DNA of 64,000 nt from contig NC_087436.1 of the NCBI RefSeq assembly GCF_036321535.1, forward strand, positions 33,172,001 to 33,236,000, written 5' to 3'. A program made the translations under genes and the position numbers. Source of the DNA: Camelus dromedarius. Its lineage: Eukaryota. Position 1 is the stretch's first letter, and every line of letters starts with the position of its first letter. The notes beneath the pieces are model-generated. The model was given only the letters and a program-made list of their open reading frames with translations. It had not been told where the DNA came from and ran no database searches. Shown in pieces: positions 50,720 through 64,000 of the stretch.

Positions 50720-50925
50720 AGAATAGATAAACAAGGTTGTACTGTGTGGCACAGGGAAATATATACAGGATCTTGTGGTGGCTCACAGTGAAAGAGAGTG
50801 TGACAAGGAATGTCTATATGTTCCTGTATAACTGAAAAATTGTGCTCTACACTGGAATTTGACACAACATTGTAAAATGACTATAACTCAATAAAAAGAA
50901 TGTTTAAAAAAAAGGGAAAAAAAAA
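50720..50925 (+). mobile_element. 5'-truncated young L1 3' UTR copy with A-tail
   Basis: Aligns to 8729-8910 (e.g. tgtgctctacactggaatttgacacaacattgtaaaatga identical). Has AATAAA and an A-rich tail. Confidence 0.92.
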
Positions 50926-50949
50926 GAAATGATCAGATTGCTCTGACCT

Positions 50950-51030
50950 ATTTTTTTTAATTTATTTTTTACTGAAGTATAATTGATTTACAATGTTAGT
51001 TTCAGGTGTACAGCAGAATGATTCAGTTAT

Positions 51031-51069
<39 letters not shown>

Positions 51070-51248
51070 TATATATGTACACAGGCATGTATTTTCAGAT
51101 TCTTTTCCATTATAGCTTATTACAAGATATTGAATATAGTTCCCTGTGTTAAAAAGTAGGTCCTGTTCTTTGCCTATTTTTATATATAGTAGTGTATGTC
51201 TATTAATTCAGAACTCCTAATTCATCCCTCCCCTCCTTTCCCCTTTGG
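50950..51248 (-). mobile_element. Older artiodactyl-type L1 3' end containing an (AC)n repeat
   Basis: T-tail then actgaagtataattgatttacaatgttagtttcaggtgtacagc...aagatattgaatatagttccctgtg, ending in a C-rich tract. Confidence 0.85.
51035..51064. repeat. (AC)n microsatellite
   Basis: Read directly. Confidence 0.95.
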
Positions 51249-52389
51249 GTCTGACTGATGTTAATACAGATTTTGAGCCCCAGTTTTTCCCCAGTGATGC
51301 TTGATGGCTCATTTATTCACCCTTCTTCGAATTTCTCATACTGTGTTAAAAATCCCACCCATTCCCAACTTAAGCCACAGTCATAGGTCAAATATTCTCA
51401 TTCTGAAGCCAGTAAGGAAACAGTTTTTACTGGGTGTGAAATCACTCTAAAACCTCCCGTTTACCTCTCTTCGTTCCTTTCTAATGCAGAGGAAGACATT
51501 TTCCTTCGCTTTCACAAGGAAGTTTCTTCACTGCTTCGAGTGTGTCCTCAGGACCTTTCTCCAATAACTCTCCTCCCTCTCCTATTCCCTGTATTTTTGA
51601 ACTCCCGTCCTGTTTTCCTTGCTAGCGCCTTCCTCGTCAAATCTTCCTCACCCTAAGGAGATTATTTCTCACAGTGCTGCTTTCTTAACTGGCATCTCAT
51701 GTCTTATTTTCTCTCCATCGTTACTCAAATTCTTGGAGGAATCACTGGTCCTACTGTCTCTTTTTCCTTATCTCCCACTGATTTCTCAATTCATTTAGTT
51801 CTTTTAAACCTTGTCAACTAGTATTTCCCTCTTCCTACTGGTCATGTCCCAATCAGTCATCTAAGTCTTCCACCTGCTGGTCGTATTTGCACATTTGTAC
51901 TATCAACACTTCTTAAAATTCCTGTCCTCTGGCTTCCAGAATGCCATTCTTTCCTGAGTCTCTTATTATTTATATATTTGTTTTTCCTAAGACTCCTTTG
52001 ATAGCTTTTCTTCTGTTAAGTTATACTTTCAAAAACGTAAAATCATAACTCTAATATGAATATAGAATGAATACTTGTCAAGCATTCAACTCATTAATTA
52101 AGGAGGGAACAAATAACAATACTAAAAATGGTTAAATATGCTTTTTGTAAAGATAGAAATGTATTTGTGTATGTCTGTATGGGTGTAGTCAATTTCATAA
52201 CATTAGGATAAAATTCCTGGGTTAGATGGTTAGATACAGCACTGATTCATATCTTATAGACAGTAAACTGTATATTTGGTGATTATTGTTTATCTTCCTC
52301 ACAGCTCTAATTGTTCTCTCTACACCTTGCTCTGCTTGTAGGATAAAGTGAAGGAGTTAAGTCTTGCTGAGTTTGTTGTGACTGATGAT

Positions 52390-52545
52390 TGTGTTAGCTT
52401 CTTATTGCTGTTGTAACAAATTAGTACAAACTTAGTGTCTTGAAACAACACAAATGTATTTTCTTACAGACCTAGAGGTCAGAAATCCACAGTCGGTTTC
52501 CCTGGGTTAAACTCAAGCTGATAGTAGGTTTGTTCCTTCTGGATG
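52390..52545 (-). mobile_element. MLT1C/D-like MaLR LTR fragment
   Basis: attgctgttgtaacaaatta..acaaacttagtg..aaacaacacaaat..gaggtcagaa. Confidence 0.7.
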
Positions 52546-52697
52546 TAGATGAGGCTCCTTCTAGGTGATTACAGCCACTGTCATGACTCACAACGTGCAC
52601 AATATACAACAGGTTGAACTTCTCTTTTGATTCCCAGACCCCTTCTCCTGCTACTCACCCCCCCAGTTTCTCTAACTGATTGTCTCACAAGCATCTC

Positions 52698-53051
52698 TGT
52701 CTCAGTCCGTTCGGACTGCTATAACAAAGTACCATAGACTGGGTGGCTTATAAATGACAGAAGTGTATTGCTCATAGATCTGAAGCCTGGAAGTCCGAGA
52801 TCATCGTGCAGCAAAGTTTCTGGTGAGGGCCCTTTCTGAGTTGCAAACTGTGTCTTCTCATTCTCACATGGCGAGAGGGTTGAGAGAGCTCTCTCGGGTC
52901 CCCTTTATAAGGGCATTAATCTCATTCAAAATGGCTCTACCTTCATGACCTAAGTACCTCCCAAAGGCCCCACTTCCTAATAGCACCACGATGAGGGGTT
53001 AATATTGCAACATGTGAATTTTGAGGAGACACAAAGCTTCAATCCATTGCA
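52698..53051 (-). mobile_element. MLT1A-like MaLR solo LTR
   Basis: TG..CA termini. ctgctataacaaagtaccatagactgggtggcttataaa...cctcccaaaggccccac...tgaattttgaggagacacaaa. Confidence 0.88.
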
Positions 53052-56000
53052 GTCACAATCTAAGCATGTCAAAAATTCATGCTAATTTTCTATCTCAGAT
53101 ATGCTTCTCCTTCAGTATCTTAATATTAATATCCTATCTTAATAAACAACTTCATTTATATTGGGATGGGTTCACTCTTGGTCCCATTTTCTCTTCTTCC
53201 TCATGTCTAATAAGTTAAGCAAGTCCTGACAAGTTTACATCTATAACGTGTCTCAAATCCCTTCTCTCTGCTGACCTAATTAGCCTTGGCCATTATGACT
53301 TAGTGCCCAAATACTGCAGAAGCTTACTAATTAGTCTCCCTTCTTCTTCACAACCTCTATCTAGAATCCATTCTCTGTAGAACAAAGAGAATGACTTATT
53401 TCGAATGCAAATATCTTCATCCCCCATGAAATTCTGGCAATGGTTTACAATCCTGTAGGACTTGTTAGAGATTTTATGTAATTTGATGCTCTCTCCCTAT
53501 TTTTTTCTCTTCTGCTCTCTCCATGTTTATTTTCTGATTTACTGCCAACCTCTGGTACCCTGTGCTGTACATGTTTGTATCTCACTCATTTTTTTGAGTT
53601 TGCTTTAGGATTTCAAGCTCCTTATGCTGTAGGGCTTTGTCTTAAGTTAGTTCTTTACCTGAAATCCCTCATTTAATATTATCTGACTGCCTTCAACTTT
53701 TGTGTCGTGCACTAGTTGATTGCTGCTTCCTTCAGGTGGCCCTTCTTGACCCATTAGATGAAGAGTAAGCAAATTGTCTAGGTTCCCTGTCTATATTCTT
53801 TCATAGCAGCTAATATTTTCCCCTACAATCTTCCTTACAGTTCTAATTGTACACTTAATCTGTAGAACTTAAAAAAAATCTGTCTACCTTATTAGACTGT
53901 CTGCTCCTGGATGACAGAAATAGTATCTCTTTTCCACTGCTGTATACTTACTACTGAGGATAAAACCAGGCACTTGGTAGCACTGAATAATGTACCTGTT
54001 GAATAAAGGAATGAATGAATAAATGAATGAATTACGCTTAGTATGCAGTGATTGATTCTGTTCTCAGGTTTCTTGAATGACAACTGCATAGAACCATGTT
54101 CACAGTTGTTTTCTAAGTAGATGTAAGCTAGGACAGAAAATACATCTTCTTGAGGACCTATCTTGTTGTTTTTTTCCCATCAAGACATAAATTTTGATTT
54201 TGTATATTTCAACGTACCCCAGGTTATGATTAATAAGTAGCTGAGGCCAAAAAACAAAACAAAGCAAAACTCTTACTATGTTATGTGATTCTCAAGTCTG
54301 AATTGTGGCATTACTAGTCTCTCGGTTTATTTAATGAAAAATCCAAAAAATTTAAGGAGAAACACACATCTTGGGAGGAAAAAGTATAAAGATGACAAAG
54401 GAAATATACAAATAAGGGGAAAGAAATGCCATTTTAATTAGAAAGAAAACAGATAAAATTACAGGCACTATTACAGAGCTTCACATAGAAATAAATTTGG
54501 TGATGATATTGCCATCATATTTATAATCTCTACAATATTGATATTTTATTCTTCTTTTCTTTTCCCTAATGGGCAATATAAACCCATACAAAAAACATCT
54601 GGCTTTATATTTTTACAAACACATCTTGGTGCTTAGGTGTTTGAAATCAAGCAGCTGTGGTTAGATGTTAACTTACACATCAACATTAAATATGCTTATG
54701 CCAATTTTGAATTAATTCATGTGTTAAAACATGAACATTTAATACAACTCTGAACTATGCAAAGATTATGAGGTTTTAGCTTAGGTGGAGTAAACTGATA
54801 TTTTTAAAACCAAAAAAAAAATGACTTGAAAATATAATTTAAAAGTAACACTTAATTTTTGTACTGGTTAGTATTTGCAAAGCACTTTTATGACTATAGA
54901 ATACTCTTTTAATTCTCATTTCACATATGAATAATAAGAAATAGAAATTATAGTGGATTACCAAAGATCACATGTCTCTACTATGGGTAGTATTATAGAA
55001 ATTCACCAAAAGGTTTCTTTTAGACTATTGGGATAACTTTAGTTTTAACAAAGAGAGAAATTTTAACTCTCTACTTCAATATATTTAATTTTGATATTTC
55101 CACTTTAAACAGGTTCTAAAAATTCTGGTATTTTGATTGATTGTGGAAAGAATTGGTAAGAAACATTTCAGTTTATCACATTAACATTAATAGGAGTCTC
55201 CATTTTGCATTTTTGATGGAATGTGTTAATAAGAGAAAGAATAGGTAATATTGTACACTGCTAATAATTGAAAATACATTCCCTAAAAGACACAAAAATA
55301 ATCAATTGATTTTGAAACCCTACCACTTAAGAGTCCACAGCCATTAAATGTTAAATTCTAGTGACTGACTTTGATTTTAAAAACAAAAGTTTCATATATT
55401 TTTTTTTTTAAAAAGCTGTCTCACCCTACAAAAATTTATTACAAAGCCTAGGGCTATTAAAATATTAAAACACATTCTTGGCCACTTGATTTACATTTTT
55501 GGAATGCCACCTAGTCTCCCGCAACACTTGTAATTCTCTTCACATTCAGATACACTCTGATGTACCTGACCCCCCCCTTATGAAGTTAAAACAAAAAAAA
55601 TCTTTTATGGGCCATGGTAATATTCTTAGTGTCTAAATTTATATTGATTGCTAGATTGCTAAGTGTCTATTTTGTTCTTTTATTTTTCTGCTGATTAAAA
55701 ACAAACCTCTCATTCTTATGAGATGCTCATTTTCTATAAAGTGCTTCAGGTACGGGCTCAGACATCCAGGGAGGCTTTTTTTTTTCCAGCCATTAAGAAA
55801 ATATTACCTGTAATACTAAATTTATCCCTAATGTTGCAAAGCTGTAAATATACATATGTCATATATATCTTGAGTTTCAATCAGCTTCTTGCCCATTACC
55901 TGGTGATAACCTGCCTGACCGACAGGTAGAGAAAGTGAGCTGTGAATGATATCTTACAAATTCCCAGATTCAGCTACACCACAGAATTTCCAGTTAAATA

Positions 56001-59000
56001 ATGAAATACATTTCTTTTTAAAAATTGCTTATCCTATGTATTCTATTTTGCCAAGGACTAGATTAAACTGAACTTTCAACCGGAAAGAGTACTCATACTG
56101 TTGTGCTTTCCTGCCTTGCCTTGGTATCATTTCGTATATTTTGATCATGGACATTCAAGCTTCTCCAACTATTGAGCACTTTTGATAAAATAAGCAACAT
56201 AAGAAGAAAATTCATTTGACTTACCAAGTCTTTCACCATTTAAAAAAATATATGACACATTGTCTCAGGCTTTTTATTCTCTTCAAAGAATGGTAACAAA
56301 ACAATACAAATCAAGTGTGGAATGAAGAAATGACTAAAGAGTGTCCAAAATATATTTCCCTTTCATAGTATTCCTAGGAATAGCTAAAATGTTGAACAAC
56401 GTTAAGTTATGTTAAGGAATCAAAATACTATAGAACAGATGTATTAAACATCATATGACTAACTTTGAGCTCAGTTTGAAAAATCCATTTAGTGATTACC
56501 GACGACCACTGACATTTTATTTCTTTTTCTGGAATTAATTCCTTGCTTCTGTGAACATCTTGCCTTTACCACTGTGTTCATTCTTTCACCTTGGCTGACA
56601 CCATTTGCAGACTGATTGGAATACAGCCAGGAACCTCCCAAAATCTTTCAAACAAACATCTCCTTCCTCTTCCCATCCAGACCTTTCTATAGACATTGTA
56701 CTCATTACTATCTCTATAAAGTATTAGGGAAATTTTAGAATGATGACCCAGTATGGGCCTCAGATAATTTTACCCATGTCTTTTCACAGTTTTGATTGAT
56801 TTAAAGTGTTCTATATTACAGTTTCTTGAACAGGATAGAAAGAAGATCTCCCACCCCTCCCACAAGTTATTCCCTTTAGCTGGCCATGTGCTGCTCAGTT
56901 TTAAATATTAGCTGTCCAAAATATTCAGTATCCTTTTTGAGAATGATTAAGGGAATATATATCAAATAGTATTGACTGATAACGTTAGAACACTGTGCTA
57001 ACTTAAGAATGACATTTCTTTGTTTTGCAACAATTAAGACATCACTGGAAATGGTTTTTGTGGAATGTTGTATTTTTCAACTTCTTGGACTGTACAAAAG
57101 TATTACTTTATTTCTCCTGGCTCAGTTCCTTATGTTAATAGTTTTTACAACTGGTTATTGAAATCGGCTATATGTGTATGGTACAGTCATATAAGCAATA
57201 CTAATATCTGTGGTTTAATTTTCTGAACTTGCTATTTTGGTTAATCTATTTTCTGTGATTTGGTTTAGATGTCTACTCAGACCTATTGAATGATTCTTTA
57301 ATTCATAAATGCCTTTATTCAGTGTTTATCAATAATACCAAAGGGCACGTTTTCTACAAAATTGTGGAAGAAATAAGCCATTCTTCATCCTGAGGGCATT
57401 CAGTATTTAGAATATCCTTAACAGTGATGGGTACAGATTTTTTTTTTCTGTTTCATGACCTAAAATGAAATATTTGGTAGCCTTCTCTGTTCTGACAAAG
57501 TCAAAGTCAAATCTTTGGTACAAAATGGAATTGGATGGGGAAATTGGATGAATCCAGTCAGATTCACTATTGGGAGGAATGCATATGCATACATAACATA
57601 CACATAGACTCAAATTTTATGGCTTCTGAACATAAATCAGTAAAAAAGGAAAACTTTTTGCAGAAGCAGAAAAGTTGTCACTTAGATAGTAACTGAGTAA
57701 GTGCTAAATCACATTCTCTCTTCAAATATTTCTAATTATTTTAACCCTTCTTTTGTTGTAGAAAGTTCCTCTTCTCAAAGTGGAGCATGAACTTAGCTGG
57801 TGGCACAGTGTATGGGAGGTTAGGGGAAACACTAAGTGACCATGACACAGCTTCTAGAATGCTAATTTTACAGAAGAGTGAGTAATTTTCATTTTAATGT
57901 GCTTCAGATATAATACAGAATTTATTACGACCTGAACATATAAACTTGTAACTTCAAAGAAGTTTCCTGACTTTCACAGTCCACTTCAGAAGACTTCTCT
58001 TTCTCATCATTAGAGGTACTTCCGTGAACCACTTTGCCAAACAAGTGTCTAGATTGTACTGAAAGTAGTTGGCATGGCTGACATATTTTGGTTTAAGGAG
58101 CTCCCTGTCTGAAAGAACTTTTTTTGCTACTCATTTGAACCCAAATGCTTATAATGATTAGAATCCTTATAATGATTGCAATCTCTTTGAGTTTTTCAAT
58201 GAACTTTTAAAAATATCTATGCCATTAGGAAAGGATGATTAATTACACTGTCATTTATTATCACAATAACTTGTACTTCCAATAGATAAGCAATAATGTA
58301 AGTTTAAGAAAAAGAAAATATGGCATATCTGTTTAGGCAAGGTAATAAAGCAGTAATTATATGGAATACCCTGATTCTCACTCCATCACAAACACATACA
58401 TATATACTATTAATGAAAGTAGTCACATGACATTGAATAACTAAAGGATTATATAAAAATATTGAGAATTTCATGAAATGCATGAAGTAGAAGGTATAAC
58501 TGATTGATCATTCAGCTTGGAAGGTAAATGTGCCCGGGATTTACTGAGATTGGTACCAATACGTTGGTCCAATATGTACTGCGTCATAAATAGATTTTTT
58601 CAAGAGAGATCAGTTTGCTAATAAGTTGTGTGTCTGTTTGCAGTCTGACACAACCCAAGCACAATTTGGGCTCTTAACCTTATGGCCTTTAGTTCCCTCA
58701 CTATATACAGATCTAAGGCTAAGATTATTTCAAAAGCCAAGCATAATGCCTAGACCCACAAACTACTTATTACATTTTAAATCTTTTCTTACCTCTCTAT
58801 TCTACTTTTACTACATTTTGTTAATTTACTACTAGATGTAAATCAATAATGTCATTGGCCAGAAAAGAGCTATATGTGAAATTATGCCACTGTTCTTTTA
58901 CTTCATAGTAATTGGAAAATGGTCAACTAGTTCAAATAATCAATGAGATTTACTGCTACACACTTTAGCATCCAGTAATGCTTTTTTACTTTGAATTTTT

Positions 59001-59569
59001 CTTGTTTTTATCTGAGGTCTCTGCCTGTATTGAGTCAATTTTATTATCATTACCGGTACTCTCAATCTTTTGGCAACATCTCGGTAGCCTTAGGGAGGGC
59101 AGCCAACCAGCTAAATGAGCAAAGGCAGAAACAGGAGTTGGTGGGGAGGGTTGAGGGAAGAGAGACCAGGAGTTCAGCCAACCAGTCAGCCAGGGGACTC
59201 AGCTAGTTCCAAGAGGTCAGGCATCAGTCAGCCAATATTTGATAAACAAATGAACTCAGCTACTGAGCTTCAGTCAGCCTCATTTTACTGAGTTCTATCT
59301 TGGGAGAGAGATGACCTGACTCTTCCTTTAAATTCCAGAGGGTCTTCCAACTAATCACTGTGCTCTGGAGCCAAACTCTGAAGAGCGTTACATATGTGGC
59401 AAAAAATTACATCCTTTTCATCTGCATGGGGAAGATAAAAATGTGAAACAAAATTCAAAGACAATCTATTTGCCAAATATCCAGATCAATAATGGTGTAA
59501 TAATATTCTAAGTCTCACAGGATGGAACAAACGGTTTAATTTTTTCATTATTTTCATTCATCATTTTAA

Positions 59570-60320
59570 ATTTGCTTCTTTATTTTTATCTATGATAAAA
59601 TAGATAAAATAGTTTGAAATAGTTTGAATTAGTTTAAAATTTGCATACAGCTTGCCAGACAGTACAAAGAATGTCTAAGTTCTAAGTACAAAGAACTCTC
59701 TAAGTACAAGAAAGTATATTCCCTCCCAAAGTATATTCTAGACTCAGATTAACACAATAATGCATATGTTCGCTCTCTCTCTCCCCCACAGAACAAAATT
59801 CTCCTACATTGCCATCACACAGTTCTCCCAGTCAAGAAATCATTGATTTACTATTATCATGCAAATTTTACCAATTGTCCCAGCAATGTCTCTTTTTCCT
59901 TCTTGTACCAGATCCTGTCCAGAAATACATGCTGCACTTAGCTATCATTTTTCTTTGATTTGTTCCTAATTCTTTCCTTGTCTCTCATGTCCTTGATAGT
60001 CTTGCAGAATACAATCATTTCATTCTATCAAGTGCCCTCAACCTGGGTCTGTCTAGCATTCCTTCATGAACAGACTCAGCCCATGCTTTTTTGCCTAAGT
60101 CAAGTCACTATTTTCCCTTTTGCATTTGACTGATATTTTGTGGGTTGATATTCCAATATTTTCTAATATTCTATACCTCATAAACTTTCACCCACTGGCT
60201 TTAGAATCCATTGATGATTCTTAATGTATACAACAACTACTACTATGTTGGTTACTAAATGATGAATGTCTATTTTGTTTATTCTTTCTACATTGATTAG
60301 TTAGCATTCTACTATTTCTT
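59570..60320 (-). mobile_element. Ancient L1MC/ME-like 3' region
   Basis: caaattttaccaattgtcccagcaatgtc and atccattgatgattctt. Confidence 0.5.
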
Positions 60321-62269
60321 ACATTCTGTGATTGATATGCTGTTCCCTTTTAATGTAGGGCTTGATAATATGATTTCAAAATTTTTGAAGTCAATGATTA
60401 AAAGGAATAGTTATATTTTAAACTTTAAATAATCAGTACACATTTTATTTTCAGTAAGAGGATCCTTGAGAAGGAAGCAAAACCAAACAATGACAATTGT
60501 CTAAATTTAAGTGGATTAAAATTGCTGCATGATGATAACTTCTCAAAATAACCAAACGGGGGAAAAAAAACCACACAAAACTCAAGACTGCCAACAAATT
60601 AATTATAGACATTGGCAATGTTTATGTTATAACCAAATATTATAATTGTAGATCATGCTACATACATGTCAATACAGGAAACATTTTGGTTGTAATTCAA
60701 AGGAAGTATATGAATTTTGATATGACATATGTAGTAATATATATGATTATGACTTTTTGAAATTATGTGTTCATCACTGACATAAATTTAATTGAAACAA
60801 CTGTAAAAAAGTGCAATCTATATAATTTTCCTTCTTTTTATAGATCTTTCAATAATAGTCAGCATTGCTTATTTTTTATTGAGGTATAACTGACATATGA
60901 CATATAATATTATGACTTGTTTCTTGATAAGACATACCATTTGATATTCAGTTATCACATACTCACACACAAAGAAGAGTCAAGATGCTAAAATATAAAA
61001 CCCTTCCTAGATCTGGTACTCTAATAGATGAAGTTTCCATTATTCCTTATTTTCTATGTAACCAAGATAATTCCTGTTTGACTTTCCACCCTTTCTTAAT
61101 ATATGTATCCCTCCCAACACTCCTGCTTTTTCTTTTGGACAAATGCCTCATGTTTAAAACAGAAACTTACCCTGACAAAAAATCATTTATTAGCATGGCA
61201 TCTATTTATAGCCTAACTTAGATATAATCTAGAATGATATGTCCTACAGACACAATGCTTAGGCACAGTTAGCTCTGAGTATCAGTGATTGTATAATTCT
61301 TTGCTGTCTGGAAGATTGCATAGCTTATATGAATCTAATCATAATAGAAGAAAAAAGTGCCCAGCAGTGAGAAGTTTGGTAATGCCTAGGGCCATGAGAT
61401 GGAGAAACCAAATAGAGAATAATTCAGTAAGATTTGGGAGGGTAGCTTGTTACCTGAGCCTTTTGGTAAGAGATTATCAGAAATGCTAGCATACCCTGAT
61501 TATGCCTAAAATCACTGAAAGAAACTAGCTGCTATTTTTATTGTTATCCCCATCATTATTTTTATCCATTCATTTGAAGTTTTCTGTAAATGAAGCATGT
61601 CCTTTTTTATGGTACCACTATATCTCCACCACCACTATATGATATAATCCACTAACTGGCTCTTTCAAAATTGAACTTGGTTCCTGGTGACAGTCCTTCT
61701 TAACACTAAGAATCTATGCAACAGAGACCAAGTACATCAGTATTCTCAGTAATATTTTCTTGGCCTAACTTCATTGGCCCACATGGAAGGAATTGGGGGT
61801 AATTTTGAGATAATTAGAAATAGTACCAATTTCTTGAATTATTTTTGAAATTAACATGGAACTGAAACATTATATTAGTGAGACTTGAAGATTCTCAGTT
61901 AATTGGAGTTGAAAGGATTATCCATATACCTAAGTGTCATATACCTATACCTATTTATGTTATCATTTTGTTAGAGAATGACATAGGTTATGTGAAAAAC
62001 TGTGTTTTAATGAAGATATGTATTTCTAACTTGGTTTCAATATTTTTTTTTCAGATTGAGTTGTCTGACAGTAGTTTAAGTTCATGATCTGTTTTTATAT
62101 TTAACATACTATGTAAGAAATGCTAACCATTGCACCTTTAGTTCAAACGTGTTTTTTAAAGTGTATTTTCAGAAGTCCTATATTTCTAAACTTTAAAGCC
62201 TTGTTGGCCATATTATTCATATGAATTAAGAGATGCAAATGGAATTTAAAATAATATTAATTGAAGAAT

Positions 62270-63215
62270 CAATTTAAAAAATACTGCTGATACATGCAAA
62301 AGCATGGGTGAATCTCACTCTAATGTACTATCTATTATGAAGATAACTATAGAATTTGGACAAAAAATTTTTAAAGCTTAAAAGCTCTGGAGAGTGAACA
62401 AAAACAAGGGAGGCAAACTGAAACTTGGCAGGAGACACTGGCATAGCATTTTTGGAGCTTTAAGCTGCAGGTGGCCTGTGTCATGCAGTATCATGGGTTG
62501 TCAAAATCACTAATAGAAACATACTAACTTTTTGGCCAGAGGAGAATCTGTGTGAAGCAGTCATCACTAGAAAATGAGGGTGGAATCCTGGAAAGATAGG
62601 ATCACAAAAGGAGTTCCCCAATTTTTGGTCTGTAAACTTTGCCCAACTCTCTTGGACAACCATGGATACAAAGAACTGATTCAGTATAGCTTTCAGCTAA
62701 GGCTAAAACACCTGAACTGAAATTTGAATTACCACTCATATGGAGAAAAGGCTTTGCAATTTAAGACTAACTTAGTTAAGTACCTGCTGAAATATAAACA
62801 TCAATATCCTTCAAAAAATATAATAGAATTCAGTCTACACACAGAATATTGATAAGTCCAGGATACACTCCAAAAGTAATAACATTCAAAGAACCAGGAA
62901 AATATAATCCAAAGAGGCCAACTCCAAGATATACCCAGAGTTGGAATTGTTGGAGGAAGGCTTTAAATCTGGTATTATAAGTATGCTTAAGATGGTCGAG
63001 GAAAAAAAGTACATTCAGAATGATGAAAAGATAGGAAATAGCAGAGAAACTGATAATATAAAAAGAAACCAAACGAAAATTCAGAACAAAAGATACAATA
63101 TTTAAAATAAATATTTTAAGGGATGGTCTTAAAATTAACGTGGGGATGACAAAGATAAGTGCACTTGAAGATAGCTCATTAAAAATGATCCCATCTAAGG
63201 AAAAGAAAAAAAAAA
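62270..63215 (+). mobile_element. Ancient L1M 5'/ORF1 region
   Basis: Degenerate ORF1 motifs: gaaatagcagagaaac..ataaaaagaaacc, ataagtgcacttgaagatag. Confidence 0.5.
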
Positions 63216-63444
63216 TGAAAACCTTCCTTTATTTAGAATTTATGTGTAGTTTTTTTTTCTCAAATGATAATTTAATTTTTGTATTTGGAAACCCTAAGCT
63301 CAAGCTTGTTCTCTTATTTAAGGTAAGTACTTTACTAACAATTTCCTCTTTGAAACACAATACTGCAGGACTTGAGAGGTACAAGCACACAGGTGATAGA
63401 GCAAAAATTGAAACCAAATAATCCTGAAAGTAGTTAAATCTTAG

Positions 63445-63447
<3 letters not shown>

Positions 63448-63481
<34 letters not shown>
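63448..63481. repeat. Pure T34 homopolymer
   Basis: Read directly. Confidence 0.95.
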
Positions 63482-63482
<1 letters not shown>

Positions 63483-64000
63483 GCTATTTCTATATCAGGG
63501 TATAATACCATTTCCCCATAATATAATCATTATGGAAATGTAACCATATGTAAATGTTTCCTGTCTACATTTTTACAACATGTGAATTTTAGTCTACCAT
63601 GAGTAAATAATATGAATTATAAGTGCAATTATAAGTGTAATTCTTTCTTTGGTATTTTTCATGAATTTGTCACTGTCCACCCCCTTCTTGGTACATTTGG
63701 GAATAGGAGGAATATGGCAGGTGAATATTGCCATAGAATTGTAGATAAAATTTCATGTAGCATAAAATACTTATAATTTATATATAAACAATCAAACCAA
63801 TAGGGTATATGAAAATACAGAATTCTTGTGCGATACCCATTAACTTCATTTGCAACTATTAGAACTAGGCTTCAGTGTGAGAAAGTTTGATTGCAGTAAT
63901 TGCAGCTTCATGACTTTTCTGGTGTACCTTGAACGTGTGGAGTTTTGAAGACCTTGGTGAAACTACCGTCTCTTCTTTCAGCCTAGAACTGGCCTAGTTC

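Larger units (their letters stand above)
51300..54032 (+). mobile_element. Fragmented L2 LINE interrupted by MaLR LTRs
   Basis: C/T-rich L2 body, ending ...tgttgaataaggaatgaatgaataaatgaatgaat (L2 tail). Confidence 0.65.

Noticed and set aside
63448..63481. T34 as a solo poly(A) retro-insertion
   Set aside because: No TSD or attached element body visible; treated as a simple homopolymer.

Overview
AT-rich eutherian (placental mammal) non-coding DNA, either intergenic or a large intron. I found no host protein-coding exon, RNA gene or CRISPR array that I can support. The dominant feature is a young, full-length but inactivated LINE-1 on the minus strand (~32539-39646). It has a 16-bp target-site duplication, a TT/AAAA nick site, a CpG-rich 5' UTR with a YY1 motif, and disrupted ORF1 and ORF2. 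Two 5'-truncated copies of the same L1 family lie at ~8550 and ~50720. The rest is mostly ancient repeats (L1M, L2, MIR, MaLR/ERVL LTRs, hAT and Tigger MITEs) plus microsatellites. Family names are recognised from memory of consensus sequences, not from a search. The L1 3' UTR and the absence of recognisable Alu, B1, Bov-tA, PRE or SINEC elements suggest a camelid-like artiodactyl (inference). Most notable observations: (1) a 134-bp ungapped inverted repeat, 124/134 identical, in apparently unique sequence at 27421-27842, able to form a long dsRNA hairpin; (2) a TSD-flanked L1 insertion with permuted segment order and two A-tails at 8533-9020; (3) an L1 3'-end copy with clustered sense-strand A>G changes in ADAR-like context at ~50736-50790; (4) a perfect 60-bp alternating purine-pyrimidine palindrome at 23962-24021.
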